A stretch of 36,591 nt of DNA, from the NCBI GenBank assembly GCA_030141605.1, contig JAQGDQ010001205.1:19026-55616 (forward strand). Direction: 5' to 3'. Below, in pieces: positions 22,289 to 32,996 of this stretch; position 1 is the first letter of the stretch, and each line of letters opens with the position of its first letter. The DNA comes from Tubiluchus corallicola. Lineage: Eukaryota; Animalia; Priapulida. A program made the position numbers and the translations under genes. The notes below the pieces were generated by a model. It was not told where the DNA came from. It searched no databases and was given only the letters and a program-made list of their open reading frames with translations.

Positions 22289-22423
22289 AACTTAATTTTA
22301 GAGCAATACAGAGCAAGCTGTATCATCATAGTGCCAAACAAATAGTTCGAAAGCTTATAGAACAGCGATCCAATGATATTGCACTAGTTGAATGACTACT
22401 AAGTTTCAACAAACCTGTCTATA

Positions 22424-24115
22424 AGACACTCTATCACTGCCTCCTTGAGTCTATCGAAAAGCAGAGATTTATTTTGCTGAGAGGTGCTCAACAACTCTAG
22501 AGAAGTCATGAAAGTCATATGAGACTCATATAGAGTCGTACTATGAGAGTCATGATTTTGGCATTAATAGCTGAAGTGGTTACAAAGAGTCAGTTGTCCC
22601 AAAAAATCTATACATCAAATAAATGCAGTATGAATGAATCTTAGATACTAAATGGTAAGAGAGTCCACAGAGAATATTACATTTGCAGTGCATTTGCACT
22701 TATAAACGTATGTGTTTATAGAGAGGAATTATTATTTGTATTGACGTAACAAAGTTTTATGTTACACTGCAACTTATTCTAAAGCAACAAGTGTGATCAA
22801 TGTCTTTACCAGTGTCTTTGCATATTTTCACTCAGTATTATTGATAATATTCACAACTATAACGAGTCTTTTCTTTAGTTCTTTCCTTATACCTGTACAA
22901 AACCAGAGCATGTGAGGGCAGTGGTGTTTGCTTCATAGCTCAGCACATTGCGCTCCAGCAACGAGGTGTTTGGCTGTAACAGTTGTGCGTTTGCGGTCAT
23001 GCGCACATGTCTGATCCCAGGTAGAAAAAGTACTCTCGCTCACACAGTTTGTTGTCAGTTGTCACGTGCTTACTGTGAATGGATCAAGATTGAACTGCAA
23101 CAATTTAGGCTATTAGTGTGGAAAAAATACTTTTTTGTGATTAGGATTTTATCAAGTTTACGTATATACTTTCACATATTGGTTTGTTTAAAATTACAAT
23201 TGCAACATTAAAATTTGATATGTTTGTTTCGTTTTACACAGTATTAAACAACTTTGGCTAAAAAATTTCTGAAGCAGCACCCCCGGTAATTTTAGCTACG
23301 AGGCGCCACTGATCACACTACTTCCTTGAAAGAGAAAACTATAATAGTGTCTGTGTGAAGCAGCACCCTCAGTAATTTTAGCTATGAGCCGAAACTGATC
23401 GCACTACTTCCTTGAAAGAGAGAACTATAATAGTGTCTGTGTGAAGCAGCACCCTCAGTAATTTTAGCTATGAGCCGAAACTGATCGCACTACTTCCTTG
23501 AAAGAGAGAACTATAATAGTGTCTGTGTGAAGCAGCACCTTCGGTAATTTTAGCTATGAGGCGCCACTGATCGCCCTACTTCCTTGAAAGAGAGAACTAT
23601 AATAGTGTCTGTGTGAAGCAGCACCCTCAGTAATTTTAGCTATGAGCCGAAACTGATCGCACTACTTCCTTGAAAGAGAGAACTATAATAGTGTCTGTGT
23701 GAAGCAGCACCCTCGGTAATTTCAGCTATGAGCCGCAACTGATCACACTACTTCCTTGAAAGGGAAAACTGTAATAGTGTCTGTGTGAAGCAGCACCCTC
23801 GGTAATTTTAGCTATGAGCCGCAACTGATCACACTACTTCCTTGAAAGGGAAAACTGTAATAGTGTCTGTGGACTCTCTTGCCATTTAGTTTCTAAGATT
23901 CAGTCATACTGCATTTATTTGATATATGCATGTTTTGGGACAACTGACTCTTTGTAACCACTTCACAGCTATTAATGCCAAAATCATGACTCTCATAGTA
24001 TGACTCTATATGAATCTCCTATGACTCTCACGACTTCTCCAGAGTTGTTGAGCACCTCTCATCAAAATAAATCTCTGGTTTTCAATAGACTCAAGGAGGC
24101 ATTAATAGAGTGTCT
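22424..24115. mobile_element. ~1.7-kb foldback/MITE-like element with ~250-bp terminal inverted repeats, flanked by TA
   Basis: 22424-22670 is the reverse complement of ~23866-24115. Ends are TA|AGACACTCTAT ... ATAGAGTGTCT|TA. No internal coding sequence. Confidence 0.6.
23270..23870. repeat. 86-bp tandem repeat, ~7 copies
   Basis: (A/G)TAATAGTGTCTGTG recurs at 23341, 23427, 23513, 23599 and onward. The same unit (inverted) is the RTE target at 1-19/4103-4220. Confidence 0.92.
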
Positions 24116-24272
24116 TACCTGGCGACATCCTTGTAAGAAATCAGCTTCATTAGCAACTTCAGCGAGTTTGTAAATTGAGTCAAAGAGTAATACAAGCTCT
24201 GATATATTTGTATTTGCAGTTCTGTCAAATTGCAGCAATATCAATTAAAGTCTTTGACCTGCAACTGTTAGA

Positions 24273-27176
24273 TCACTCACTGAACTCTTCTTGCCAACCT
24301 TTCTCTAGCTCCTGCCATATTTTTTTGTTAGCAATTGTTTCACTCCAATAAAATATGTCTCGCTCGCGTCGGGCTAGCTCCATGTTTGCGTACACATCGT
24401 CTGCATCTATGCTCATCAAGCACTTGTGTGTAGGCACTCCATCAGTGGTTATATGCTGCTTAATAGCAGCCGCACATTTTTCCATGAGGAATGGCAGCGG
24501 TTGACTTTGGATTAATTTATCATTCAAGCTTTCTAATATGTTAAAATCATTAAGTAAGTAATGAGGCATGTAACGATTCCTGCAGCATGACGAGATGTAC
24601 CCTAGTATGCTCTGCACTCTTTCTTCAATTTCTGCTTCGTCCTTTGGCTCACCGCTTCTCCAGAGTTCTTGAAGGAATGCCGTCTTTATGGTATAGGAGT
24701 CTATCATATCGCCTGGGTAACGTTTCGCCATTAAAAACAACTTATAGGGCATATCTATTCCCGATTCCGACTCTCGATCTTTCTTCTCCTCCAGCTGCTT
24801 CTTTTGCTCTTCCATCCACGAGTTGGCAACGGCTTTTGGCAACTTGACGTTGTACACGTACTCTTTCATCAAAGTTTTCAGTATTATCATTACGTCTTTG
24901 CTACGCTGGGAAGTCAGTTGAATGACTTTGCTTTCAGGAGAACTGGTGCTTATCGTCGAAGTTGTCGTCCACTCCTCTGAAAGTTTTTGAATGCTAGCGT
25001 CTTCCGCCGGTTTTGGCACTACATGATATTCCAAATTCGATATTTGAGAAAGACGTGACAATATTGCTCCTGGCGGTCCACCAGATACCCTTAAAGCTGG
25101 CGAGACATCGACAGATATTTTCAGCTGTTTGTAGAAGGAGCCTTGAACAATTACGTTGAATGTGGTGCAAACCTTGTTCCACTCTATTATGGAATCCTGC
25201 ACTGGGAAAAGTTCAAAGTCTGAAAGCGATGTGTCAGATTGAGATCTTTGATTGATTGTCGACTGGTAAGCTTCAGACATGGCTCTGCAGAGCACGTCAG
25301 CAAACATATCTTTTATTTGGATTTGAAGATATCCGTCGCTAACATAGTTTTTCATACTTTTGCACAAATCATCGTTCACTCTTACTTTCGCATATCCGTC
25401 CTTGTTTGCTTCAATTGTAACTTTTTCACTCAATGTTGTTAACACAAAGAAGTAATCGAATTCGTCCGGTAACCAGCACTTTATCCCACATGAGCTGCTT
25501 CCAATCAACATAGCTTCACCTTCAAGCTCTGGTTCTAACCCTTTGATCCTACTGCAAACATTCCTTATCAGTGAATCAACAGAGTTTTTAATTTTATCAC
25601 ACTCTTCCGGTTCTACTAAGTTACCAACAAGCAGCAGGTTGGTTATATGATTATCTCTGCCGCCGAGGAGTGAATTAATGCAGTCAAATTTGAACGCATC
25701 TTGATCAGCTGACGCTACTGAGAATGTTTTGCAGGTTTTAAAATACTGATGTTGATAAAGCTGACCTATAACTCGCCGGACGACTTTGTTATTGTCTTTG
25801 CCAAAATTTCCACGTTCGACTAGCTGGTCTTTAATGGTCTGACCATCATTACTGACTATGTCTGTGTTGGCTCCAAGACGAATGAAATCCCTTACCACAT
25901 CAATGTTTAAAATAACTGTAGGTCGATTGTAAATGTAGTGCAAAGGTGTCATACCACAATCATCAGTCTGGTTTATAGTTTTCGTTTTGCTCAACAGAAG
26001 TTTAATAATGTCGAGTGAACGAGAATAACTAACTGCAAGATGAAGAGGCATTTGACCTTTATCATTGATGGCATCTACATCAGCTCCAGCATCCACAAGA
26101 AACCTGATCAGCTCTGTGCGATCGTACGCACACGCTAAATGTAAAGGCGTCTCTCCGTCTTTGTTTCTGCATCCAATTGTTGCTTTAAAATCTAATAGCA
26201 CCTTTGCTATGTCAGGACAAAGACTGTAAGTTGCTGTACGATGCAAAGCCGTGTTGCCGTCGTCGTCACGGCATTCAACTAAAGCTCCACTGCTCCGGTC
26301 TAATAACAACTTGACAATATCGCAACGGCTGTTCATTATTGCTGCCCGGTGTAACGCGGTACTTCCACCGGTATTTCTAACATTTATTTGTGCTCCACGA
26401 TCTAGTAACATCTTGACTATATCAGCGTGTTGAAAATCAGCTGCATCATGGAGAGGAGTATTTCCACCATCATCTGCACAGTCAATTTGTATTCCACTGT
26501 CCAGTAGTATCTCGACTATTTTATCATATCCTTTGCCAGCTGCTTTATGAAGCGGTGTGAATCCTTGCCGTTTTGTTCGTCTGTCAGCTGCCGCACCGTG
26601 TTTCAGTAGCATCTCGACTACGTCAACGTGCCCTTCTTCAGCAGCCGTGTGTAGAGGTGTTTCGCCTTCGTTGTTTGCGCAGTCAACTTGAGCTCCACGA
26701 TTTAGTAACAAGTGAACAATGTCGACGTGTCCACTTTCAACCGCAAGATGAAGGGGCGAATAACCATAATTATCTTTAACATCTAGCGGTGCTCCATGGT
26801 TTAATAAAAATACTGCAATTGCACAGTCGTGCTGTGCTGCATGGTGTAAGGGTGTTCGTCCATCATAATCCTTGCAGTTTATTTGTCTCTCTTCACAACT
26901 TGAAAGTTTATTTTCATGCTCCAATAACAACTGCACTATACTCATATACCCCTTGGCTGATGCTATCATGAGAGGTGTTCGCTTTGACAGAATGCCAGAT
27001 TGTCCTCCAACAGAATGTCCTTCTGCCAGTAGATGGCGCACTGCGCTAACGTCGTTCTCATAAACAGATTCGTGAAGTGCAGTCCATCCTTGCTCTTTCT
27101 TTTCATTGAATTCATCTTCTGTGTCACTGTCATCTGCTTCGCTGTCCTCTCTGTCCATTTTTAGTTGATTGCTCAT
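24273..27176 (-). CDS. Ankyrin-repeat + Mab-21/cGAS-like nucleotidyltransferase (cGLR-like) protein, 967 aa
   Basis: About 12 G-x-T-(P/A)-L-H ankyrin repeats. Then IGSSSCGIKCWLPDEFDYFFVL (GS loop + ExD, ~25440-25505), ISVDVSPAL (third acidic residue, ~25100), DSYTIKTAFL (~24690) and MPHYLLNDFNIL (~24560). Uninterrupted ORF with an in-frame TGA directly before the ATG; probable splice acceptor AG at 27190-27189. Confidence 0.9.
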   Translation of the reverse strand: MSNQLKMDREDSEADDSDTEDEFNEKKEQGWTALHESVYENDVSAVRHLLAEGHSVGGQSGILSKRTPLMIASAKGYMSIVQLLLEHENKLSSCEERQINCKDYDGRTPLHHAAQHDCAIAVFLLNHGAPLDVKDNYGYSPLHLAVESGHVDIVHLLLNRGAQVDCANNEGETPLHTAAEEGHVDVVEMLLKHGAAADRRTKRQGFTPLHKAAGKGYDKIVEILLDSGIQIDCADDGGNTPLHDAADFQHADIVKMLLDRGAQINVRNTGGSTALHRAAIMNSRCDIVKLLLDRSSGALVECRDDDGNTALHRTATYSLCPDIAKVLLDFKATIGCRNKDGETPLHLACAYDRTELIRFLVDAGADVDAINDKGQMPLHLAVSYSRSLDIIKLLLSKTKTINQTDDCGMTPLHYIYNRPTVILNIDVVRDFIRLGANTDIVSNDGQTIKDQLVERGNFGKDNNKVVRRVIGQLYQHQYFKTCKTFSVASADQDAFKFDCINSLLGGRDNHITNLLLVGNLVEPEECDKIKNSVDSLIRNVCSRIKGLEPELEGEAMLIGSSSCGIKCWLPDEFDYFFVLTTLSEKVTIEANKDGYAKVRVNDDLCKSMKNYVSDGYLQIQIKDMFADVLCRAMSEAYQSTINQRSQSDTSLSDFELFPVQDSIIEWNKVCTTFNVIVQGSFYKQLKISVDVSPALRVSGGPPGAILSRLSQISNLEYHVVPKPAEDASIQKLSEEWTTTSTISTSSPESKVIQLTSQRSKDVMIILKTLMKEYVYNVKLPKAVANSWMEEQKKQLEEKKDRESESGIDMPYKLFLMAKRYPGDMIDSYTIKTAFLQELWRSGEPKDEAEIEERVQSILGYISSCCRNRYMPHYLLNDFNILESLNDKLIQSQPLPFLMEKCAAAIKQHITTDGVPTHKCLMSIDADDVYANMELARRERDIFYWSETIANKKIWQELEKGWQEEFSE

Positions 27177-27854
27177 TCATATCTACACCTGTTTACCAGG
27201 AGAGAAAACACAGTTATGAAGTAACGGAAATTTTTCCGCCCTATATTTACTTGTTAGCCCCTATAAAGATTGGCTAATTATACTGAAAACACCTCTGTTC
27301 CCTTCTGCTCTTCTCATTTTTTCTTTCCTCTTCTAATTCCTTCCTTAAGTCCTGTCGTATCTTTGTCTATTTTACTAAGTATGTGTAAAAATGTTACTCT
27401 GAACTGTACCATTTTTGTCACTGGATGTCACTGTAATTATAATGTTATTGTATTAACTAGAAAGCTAGTACAATTAAAGTAATGTTTTAAACTTTATTTA
27501 AACACTATCCGATAAAATAAAATATTCCGAAAAACACTTTTATCAACTACCGCCAAAACAGTGGCGGAAACCTTTACGACTACCACCCAGTTTGTACGAC
27601 ATGTTCCAGTGACTTAAACCAAAGGAAATTTGTCAGCTTTTTCCGCTTCAATCTGGATGTACGTAATAGAAATTTGTACCTAAAAATGAAAAATAATTAT
27701 CAGGTCATGGTAAATAAAAAAATTAACGATGAAAGACTTTCCTTCCCAAAAAGGCAATCGGGGGTTTTCTATTTTTGTTTTTTATTCTGAAAAGGGGGAA
27801 CTAGAACAGCAATTTTACAGACACAGTAAATCAGTACAGGCACTTCACAAAACC

Positions 27855-28258
27855 CTTAGAGCTGCAATAACACACTACAAATGGGCTCCCGTTTTACACC
27901 TTACAGCTATAATAACACACTACAAAATGTGCTATAATTTTATGCCTTGCAGCTATAATAACACACTACAAAATGCGCTGTCATTTTAGGCCTTAGAGCT
28001 GTAATAACACACTACAAATGTGCTATAATTTTATGCCTTACAGCTATAATAACACACTACAAAATGCGCTGTCATTTTATGCCTTACAGCTATAATAACA
28101 CACTACAAAATGCGCTGTCATTTTACGCCTTACAGCTATAATAACACACTACAAAATGCGCTGTCATTTTACGCCTTAGAGCTGTAATAACATGTTACAA
28201 AATGTGCTATCATTTTACGCCTTAGACTATAATAACACGCAACAAAATGTGCTGTCAT
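27855..28258. repeat. 46-bp minisatellite, ~9 copies
   Basis: CAGCTATAATAACACACTACAAAATG recurs at 28041, 28087, 28133 and onward. Confidence 0.9.
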
Positions 28259-28554
28259 TATTAAATTTTCAACACAGACAGCAACTTCTATCACCTTTCA
28301 ACATGCATCACTTTTTCTACCAATATTGCATAAAGGGACACATCTGACTATGAGTCACTGTTTAATCCTGGGATTTATATAACATATGAAATATCTTGTG
28401 CACACAATATACGCACACATCAGTTTCAACGGATAAAGTTCAAGTTATTTATGAAGCATTTAGCTACCTATACCTAATGTAAACCTCTTGGTATCAGTAA
28501 ATATCAGTAAGCTTATCAGCTCAAAGTTCCAAATGCAGACTATAATAATATAGA

Positions 28555-29273
28555 CTAGCAAAGGCCCCGCAAAAAATTTAGTGTATAAATTTACACGTAT
28601 AATCAAAAATACGCGAACATCCTACCTAGTGTTCGTTTACTTACCTAACACAAAGCCAGCAGCAGCTTTTACTGAATTAAAGTTATATGCAGAGTATAAT
28701 GGATGACGTCAGAACAATGGCTTTGCATCAGCAGTTTTCTAAGTGAAAATTGCCGAAAATAGAACATCTAATTAACTCGTCGATACTCCTCTTGCTGTAC
28801 GTGTCTGAAAATACAGCTCACATCATCATGTAGCCCTGTTCTCTTTCTTTCTGAAGAGCTATATATCTCCTTCCGAGAGTCCCACCAGGCGCGGCTAGAA
28901 CGTTTTTTCTGCAGGCTGTTAGGCCAAAATTTCGAAAAACTCGCGAGTTGGGTCAGGGAAAATGCCCGTTACGGGACGTCGTGGCCCTCTCGCGAATTCT
29001 AAATATGTTTATGACACCCATCACTGAAAGGGCTATCTATCCATAGCCAGCACCTCCTGTGGCCCATTCCCGTTCTTCAGATCTCAGGTATATAACTTTT
29101 GCAAAAAACGGCCGAGAAATGGAGGTTTCTCACCCCCCGTTCGTCCCGGTGGGCCCGATTCGAAAAATAAACCTCCAATGGCATGACACTAGATCGAGGC
29201 CTTTCATTTGATGTATAGATCGCCGCAAATGGTGCCGTCGTCGAAGCTGTAGCCTCGAATCTTATATATATAT
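28555..29273 (-). mobile_element. Non-autonomous Helitron-like element
   Basis: Minus-strand 3' end ...GCGGGGCCTTTGCTAG|T with a subterminal palindrome (consensus CGCAAAAAATTTTGCG). 5' end TATATATAAGATTCGAGG. No TIR or TSD. Homologues at 29301-30110 and ~36090-36589. Confidence 0.7.
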
Positions 29274-29300
29274 AACATACCAAGAGAATTAATATATAGA

Positions 29301-30110
29301 CTAGCAAAAGCCCCACAAAAAATTTTGCGTATAAACACACGTATAATCAATACCATGAGAACATACTATCTAGTCCTCGTTTTTATCACGCAAAGCCAGC
29401 AGCAGCTTTTTGCTGAATTAAAGCTATAAGGCAGGGGTGTGCAAATTGCGGCCCGTGGGCCACTTGTGGCCCGCCAAGAGAATTTGTGCGGCCGGCGAAG
29501 AGATTTGTCAACCTAATGAAAGTGCGGCCTGAGCGATTAATTGACTGTATCCAGCTGAAGTCCGTGCCACGATCCAAAAGATAGTGCGGTTAGTTTTTTC
29601 TACTAAGTCGGATGCCATTAACCCTTACAAGACGGTTGTACATTAATGTCACTGTACTACACAGACTGCGTGATACACATTACTAATATGCATTGTAATG
29701 AAATTACCACTATCTGTCCTCAAAGTAGAAATATATGGTTTGTAATATAAATTTTAATAACCTCTAAAATAGTTTCTTGAGTGTAGTAGTAATGATGTAC
29801 GCAGGTCGGATGCAAAAAAATCGTTATTAGGTCCTACTGTACTTGGCTCCTTGATTAAACTGCTCGTGGCCCACAGGAATTGCGGGAAAGTTTAATGTGG
29901 TCGTGCTAGTCAGGTAATTTGCACACCCCTGCTATAAGGTTATAGACAAAGTACAATGGATGACATCACAACAATGGCTTTGCGTCAGCAGTTTTCTAAG
30001 CGAAAATTGCTGAAAATAGAACATGTAATTAACTCATCGTCAATCTTCTTGGTGGACCTATCCTAACATATAGCCCACATCTTCGTGTAGCCCTGTTCTT
30101 CCTCTTTCTA
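29301..30110 (-). mobile_element. Second, partial Helitron-like copy interrupted by a hAT MITE
   Basis: Same A|CTAGCAAA..CCC.CAAAAAATTTT terminus and body as 28555-28850. Confidence 0.68.
29432..29931. mobile_element. 500-bp hAT (Charlie-like) MITE
   Basis: Perfect 16-bp TIR CAGGGGTGTGCAAATT/AATTTGCACACCCCTG, perfect 8-bp TSD CTATAAGG (29424-29431, 29932-29939), subterminal GGCCCG motifs. Confidence 0.93.
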
Positions 30111-30849
30111 GATAATAATACGTAAGTCCTCTGCCACAGGGTTTTTAATATATCTGTCAATCAAATTTTGTGTCTCTTATTTCTATGTTGATATCGGCTT
30201 TTGTATCTCAGTGCAGTAGTAGCTGCACCTGTGTATTATTTGCTATTGGAACATCTTATTTAGTCTGCCATATTTAATTTTTTGTATAATAATTATTATT
30301 GTATTTGCTAAAATGTATCTAGTTTACATCGAAAACATTTGATGGTGAAATAAAGTGAACTGAACGGAATTGATTGGTGCGTCTCAAGTAGCGGTTCTTT
30401 CCGCGATCATGGCTGCGTCTAGAAGCAGAAAGTGATTCAGTTCTAGTAGACTGATTAGCACTAGGAGCCTTTTCTTTTTGGCCGCGTTTCACTTTTTTGA
30501 GAACTTGGCTAGTAAGTGGTGGTACTGTTGTTTAATTAAAGTACTAAACTGGTCACAGAAGTGTCAGCACGGAAACCGACTACTAATAACAGAAGTGGAA
30601 ACTCTTTGAATGCTTCAAGTAACGTAAGTTGGCGTCCCGGTGATGGTCTAGGAGCTGTAATTTGCGAGGGGGAGGGGTTGCAACAATAGTATGGAGTTTT
30701 AAAAGCAAAAATTTGAAAAGTTGGATTTCAAAAATGTTAAGTTTATTATATTAGTGGGGCCGATTTTCAAACATGTATTTTCAGTGACAAAGACAAAATT
30801 TAACAGACAACATTAGCACACGTAAATTTCGTAACTTACATTTACAACA

Positions 30850-30962
30850 CACGTATAACAAATAACATGCAGGGTATATTCCGTTGGCCCTGGCAGGCGC
30901 TAGTATCGAACTCAAGACTGCGTGCTTGCAGTCCGATATCTAAACCACTCGGCTGCCTAACG
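30850..30962 (-). mobile_element. Degenerate tRNA-derived SINE head or tRNA pseudogene
   Basis: Minus strand GGCAGCCGAGTGGTTTAG (A-box-like) ... GAGTTCGATAC (B-box-like). No clean cloverleaf. Confidence 0.45.
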
Positions 30963-31212
30963 CAGGACAACCAGCCACCCAACACAGGACCTTGTCTTTA
31001 TCTTTTCTTTGTGGCCCAAATGGAAAAGTAGGTAAAGGTGGCAAAATAAAAAAATGGCACACTTAGTGAAAGGCTGTAAATCTGTTAGTGAAATTAAAAA
31101 TGTGTTTTCTGGTGAATGTTTGTTTACTGCTGTTTTACCAGTTGGCTCCAATATTTTAAATTATTAGGAATTTTCTGTTCCAGTTACTTAAAACACAAGA
31201 AAACCCTCCACT

Positions 31213-31713
31213 CAGTGATGAGAATTTTCCGCGGATACTCAGAATTCCGAGTTTTTGGAAGACCAGTAGTGTCATTTTTATAAATCTTGTAAATTCGTTG
31301 ACAAATTTTTATGGACCCAGTACATTATTTCACAAGCCGACCGCTAGTTGGCAGGCCGTCACTTTGTTTACGTCACGTACATCAGTGTAACCACGTGTAT
31401 ATCTCTATGTATAAAAATATAGAATCAATTGTGCGGAGTTATTTGAGTCAATTGCAGACAGTTTTTATATACTTTTGCATAGGAGCGGCCAGTACTTAGG
31501 CGTTTTTGAGACAATTAGCCATCATGTATCCTTGATAGTTGGGTATTTTAAATTATGCATGAAACAAGGTAATTGATATTTTAAGTCCACTTAGAGGTTC
31601 TTTATGGTCACAAAATTGCTATTTGTTGCTAGCTCCCCTTGAACCTCCATGGGGTAGACTGCAAACCCCCGGCCTGTTTCAGAGTTTTTTGCAATTTGTC
31701 ATTTTCATCCCTG
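31213..31713. mobile_element. Third copy of the ~520-bp hAT-like MITE
   Basis: CAGTGATGAGAAT ... ATTTTCATCCCTG; body matches 19558-20076. Confidence 0.78.
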
Positions 31714-32996
31714 TGTACAGTAGGCGTGTACAGTGAGATTAAAAATATGTTTTTTGGTGAATCTATGTGCACTGCTGTTTTACCAGTTGGCTCCAACATT
31801 TTAAATTATTAGGAATTTTCTTTCCCAGTTACTTAAAGCACAAGAAAACCCTCCACTTACATAAAGCTTAAAAAATTTGTCTCGAAATTTTCTACCACTT
31901 ACATAGTACCTTTTTATATGCATGGCTTGCATCGGCAGTAACGCTGTATAAAACGTGTAAATTTAAACTCCCGCGATGACCGTTAGACGCAGCCATTTTA
32001 ATGGTAGGTCTTGTGGAAAAAGTTTTAATAACATTAAATTAAGTTTGAAAAAATAATCAGAGCATTGGTGGCATAAACGTTGCTAACTAAGTAAAATTTT
32101 AAATTACTGTATCTTGTCAATAAGATTAAAAATACGTTTTTGGTCAGTGAGTGGTGCACCCTGGAGAGTGAGTCAGCGACATTTACCAATTGGCACAAAC
32201 ATTTTAAATTATTATTTTAGTTACATAAGTCTTTACACCAGTAATGCTAAGTAATATAGATTTGCACGGAAAGTTTTTTGGGTCATAATTTAACATTGCC
32301 TTTTCTTCCCCTGATTTACGTGGTGTAGTGACATCATGTAATGGCGTCGTCGGAACAGTATTGCGGGAGATTTGAAATGCAAACAAACGAAAATTGCATT
32401 CAACACAAACACGATGTGCATAAACGTGCCCGTAAAGTAATATAATTTTTCAAGGCATTTTTTCTGAAATCTACTTCAGGTGCCCCTTTTATTGTCCTTT
32501 AAGTCTTTCAAACAGCTAAGCGTAATGCTGAGTAAATATAACATAGATGTTGTATATTGAAAACTGTATTTGAAAACTTGAATTTATGTTTATGTATTGA
32601 GCATATTAAACAATTACTTGTGGTGTGTTAGAAACACTATTAAGCTAGTTTCTACGAGATCATTATTAGTTACATGTATTTGCATAGCGCTTGTTATTAC
32701 TATTCTTTTTTATTCTTTTATTTCGTACTATTGCTACTTATATTGAAGCATATTGCGCAACTGCTTGTTGTGTAATACGTTGCACTTGTTCGTTATGTGG
32801 CACTTATATAAAATCTGCGCTCAGTAACTGTGGTGTGTTATGAAATATGCCCTTTACATGAATATGAAAGTATACACATTTTCCGAGGAGAATAAGAATT
32901 TTTTCTAAAAGTGATGCCCTGAAACTTTGGTGCCCTAGGCTATAGCTTAGTAAGCCTATTGGTGAATATGCCCTGACAATATGTTAAATTGATAAT

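Larger units (their letters stand above)
16696..23400. repeat. Right arm of the large inverted duplication
   Basis: Mirror of the left arm. Inner junction near AAGCTTCTACAACTTAAAATC (12329-12349) and its reverse complement (~16703-16723). The outer end cannot be fixed because the left arm runs off the window. Confidence 0.92.

Noticed and set aside
23270-23870. Regularly spaced repeats as a CRISPR array (also 4672-5092, 27855-28258)
   Set aside because: Whole units repeat with no unique spacers, there are no cas genes, and the context is eukaryotic.
24273-27176. Bacterial CBASS CD-NTase or endosymbiont ankyrin gene
   Set aside because: The motifs are of the animal Mab-21/cGLR type, a spliceosomal acceptor precedes the ATG, there is no operon, and the flanks are animal TEs.
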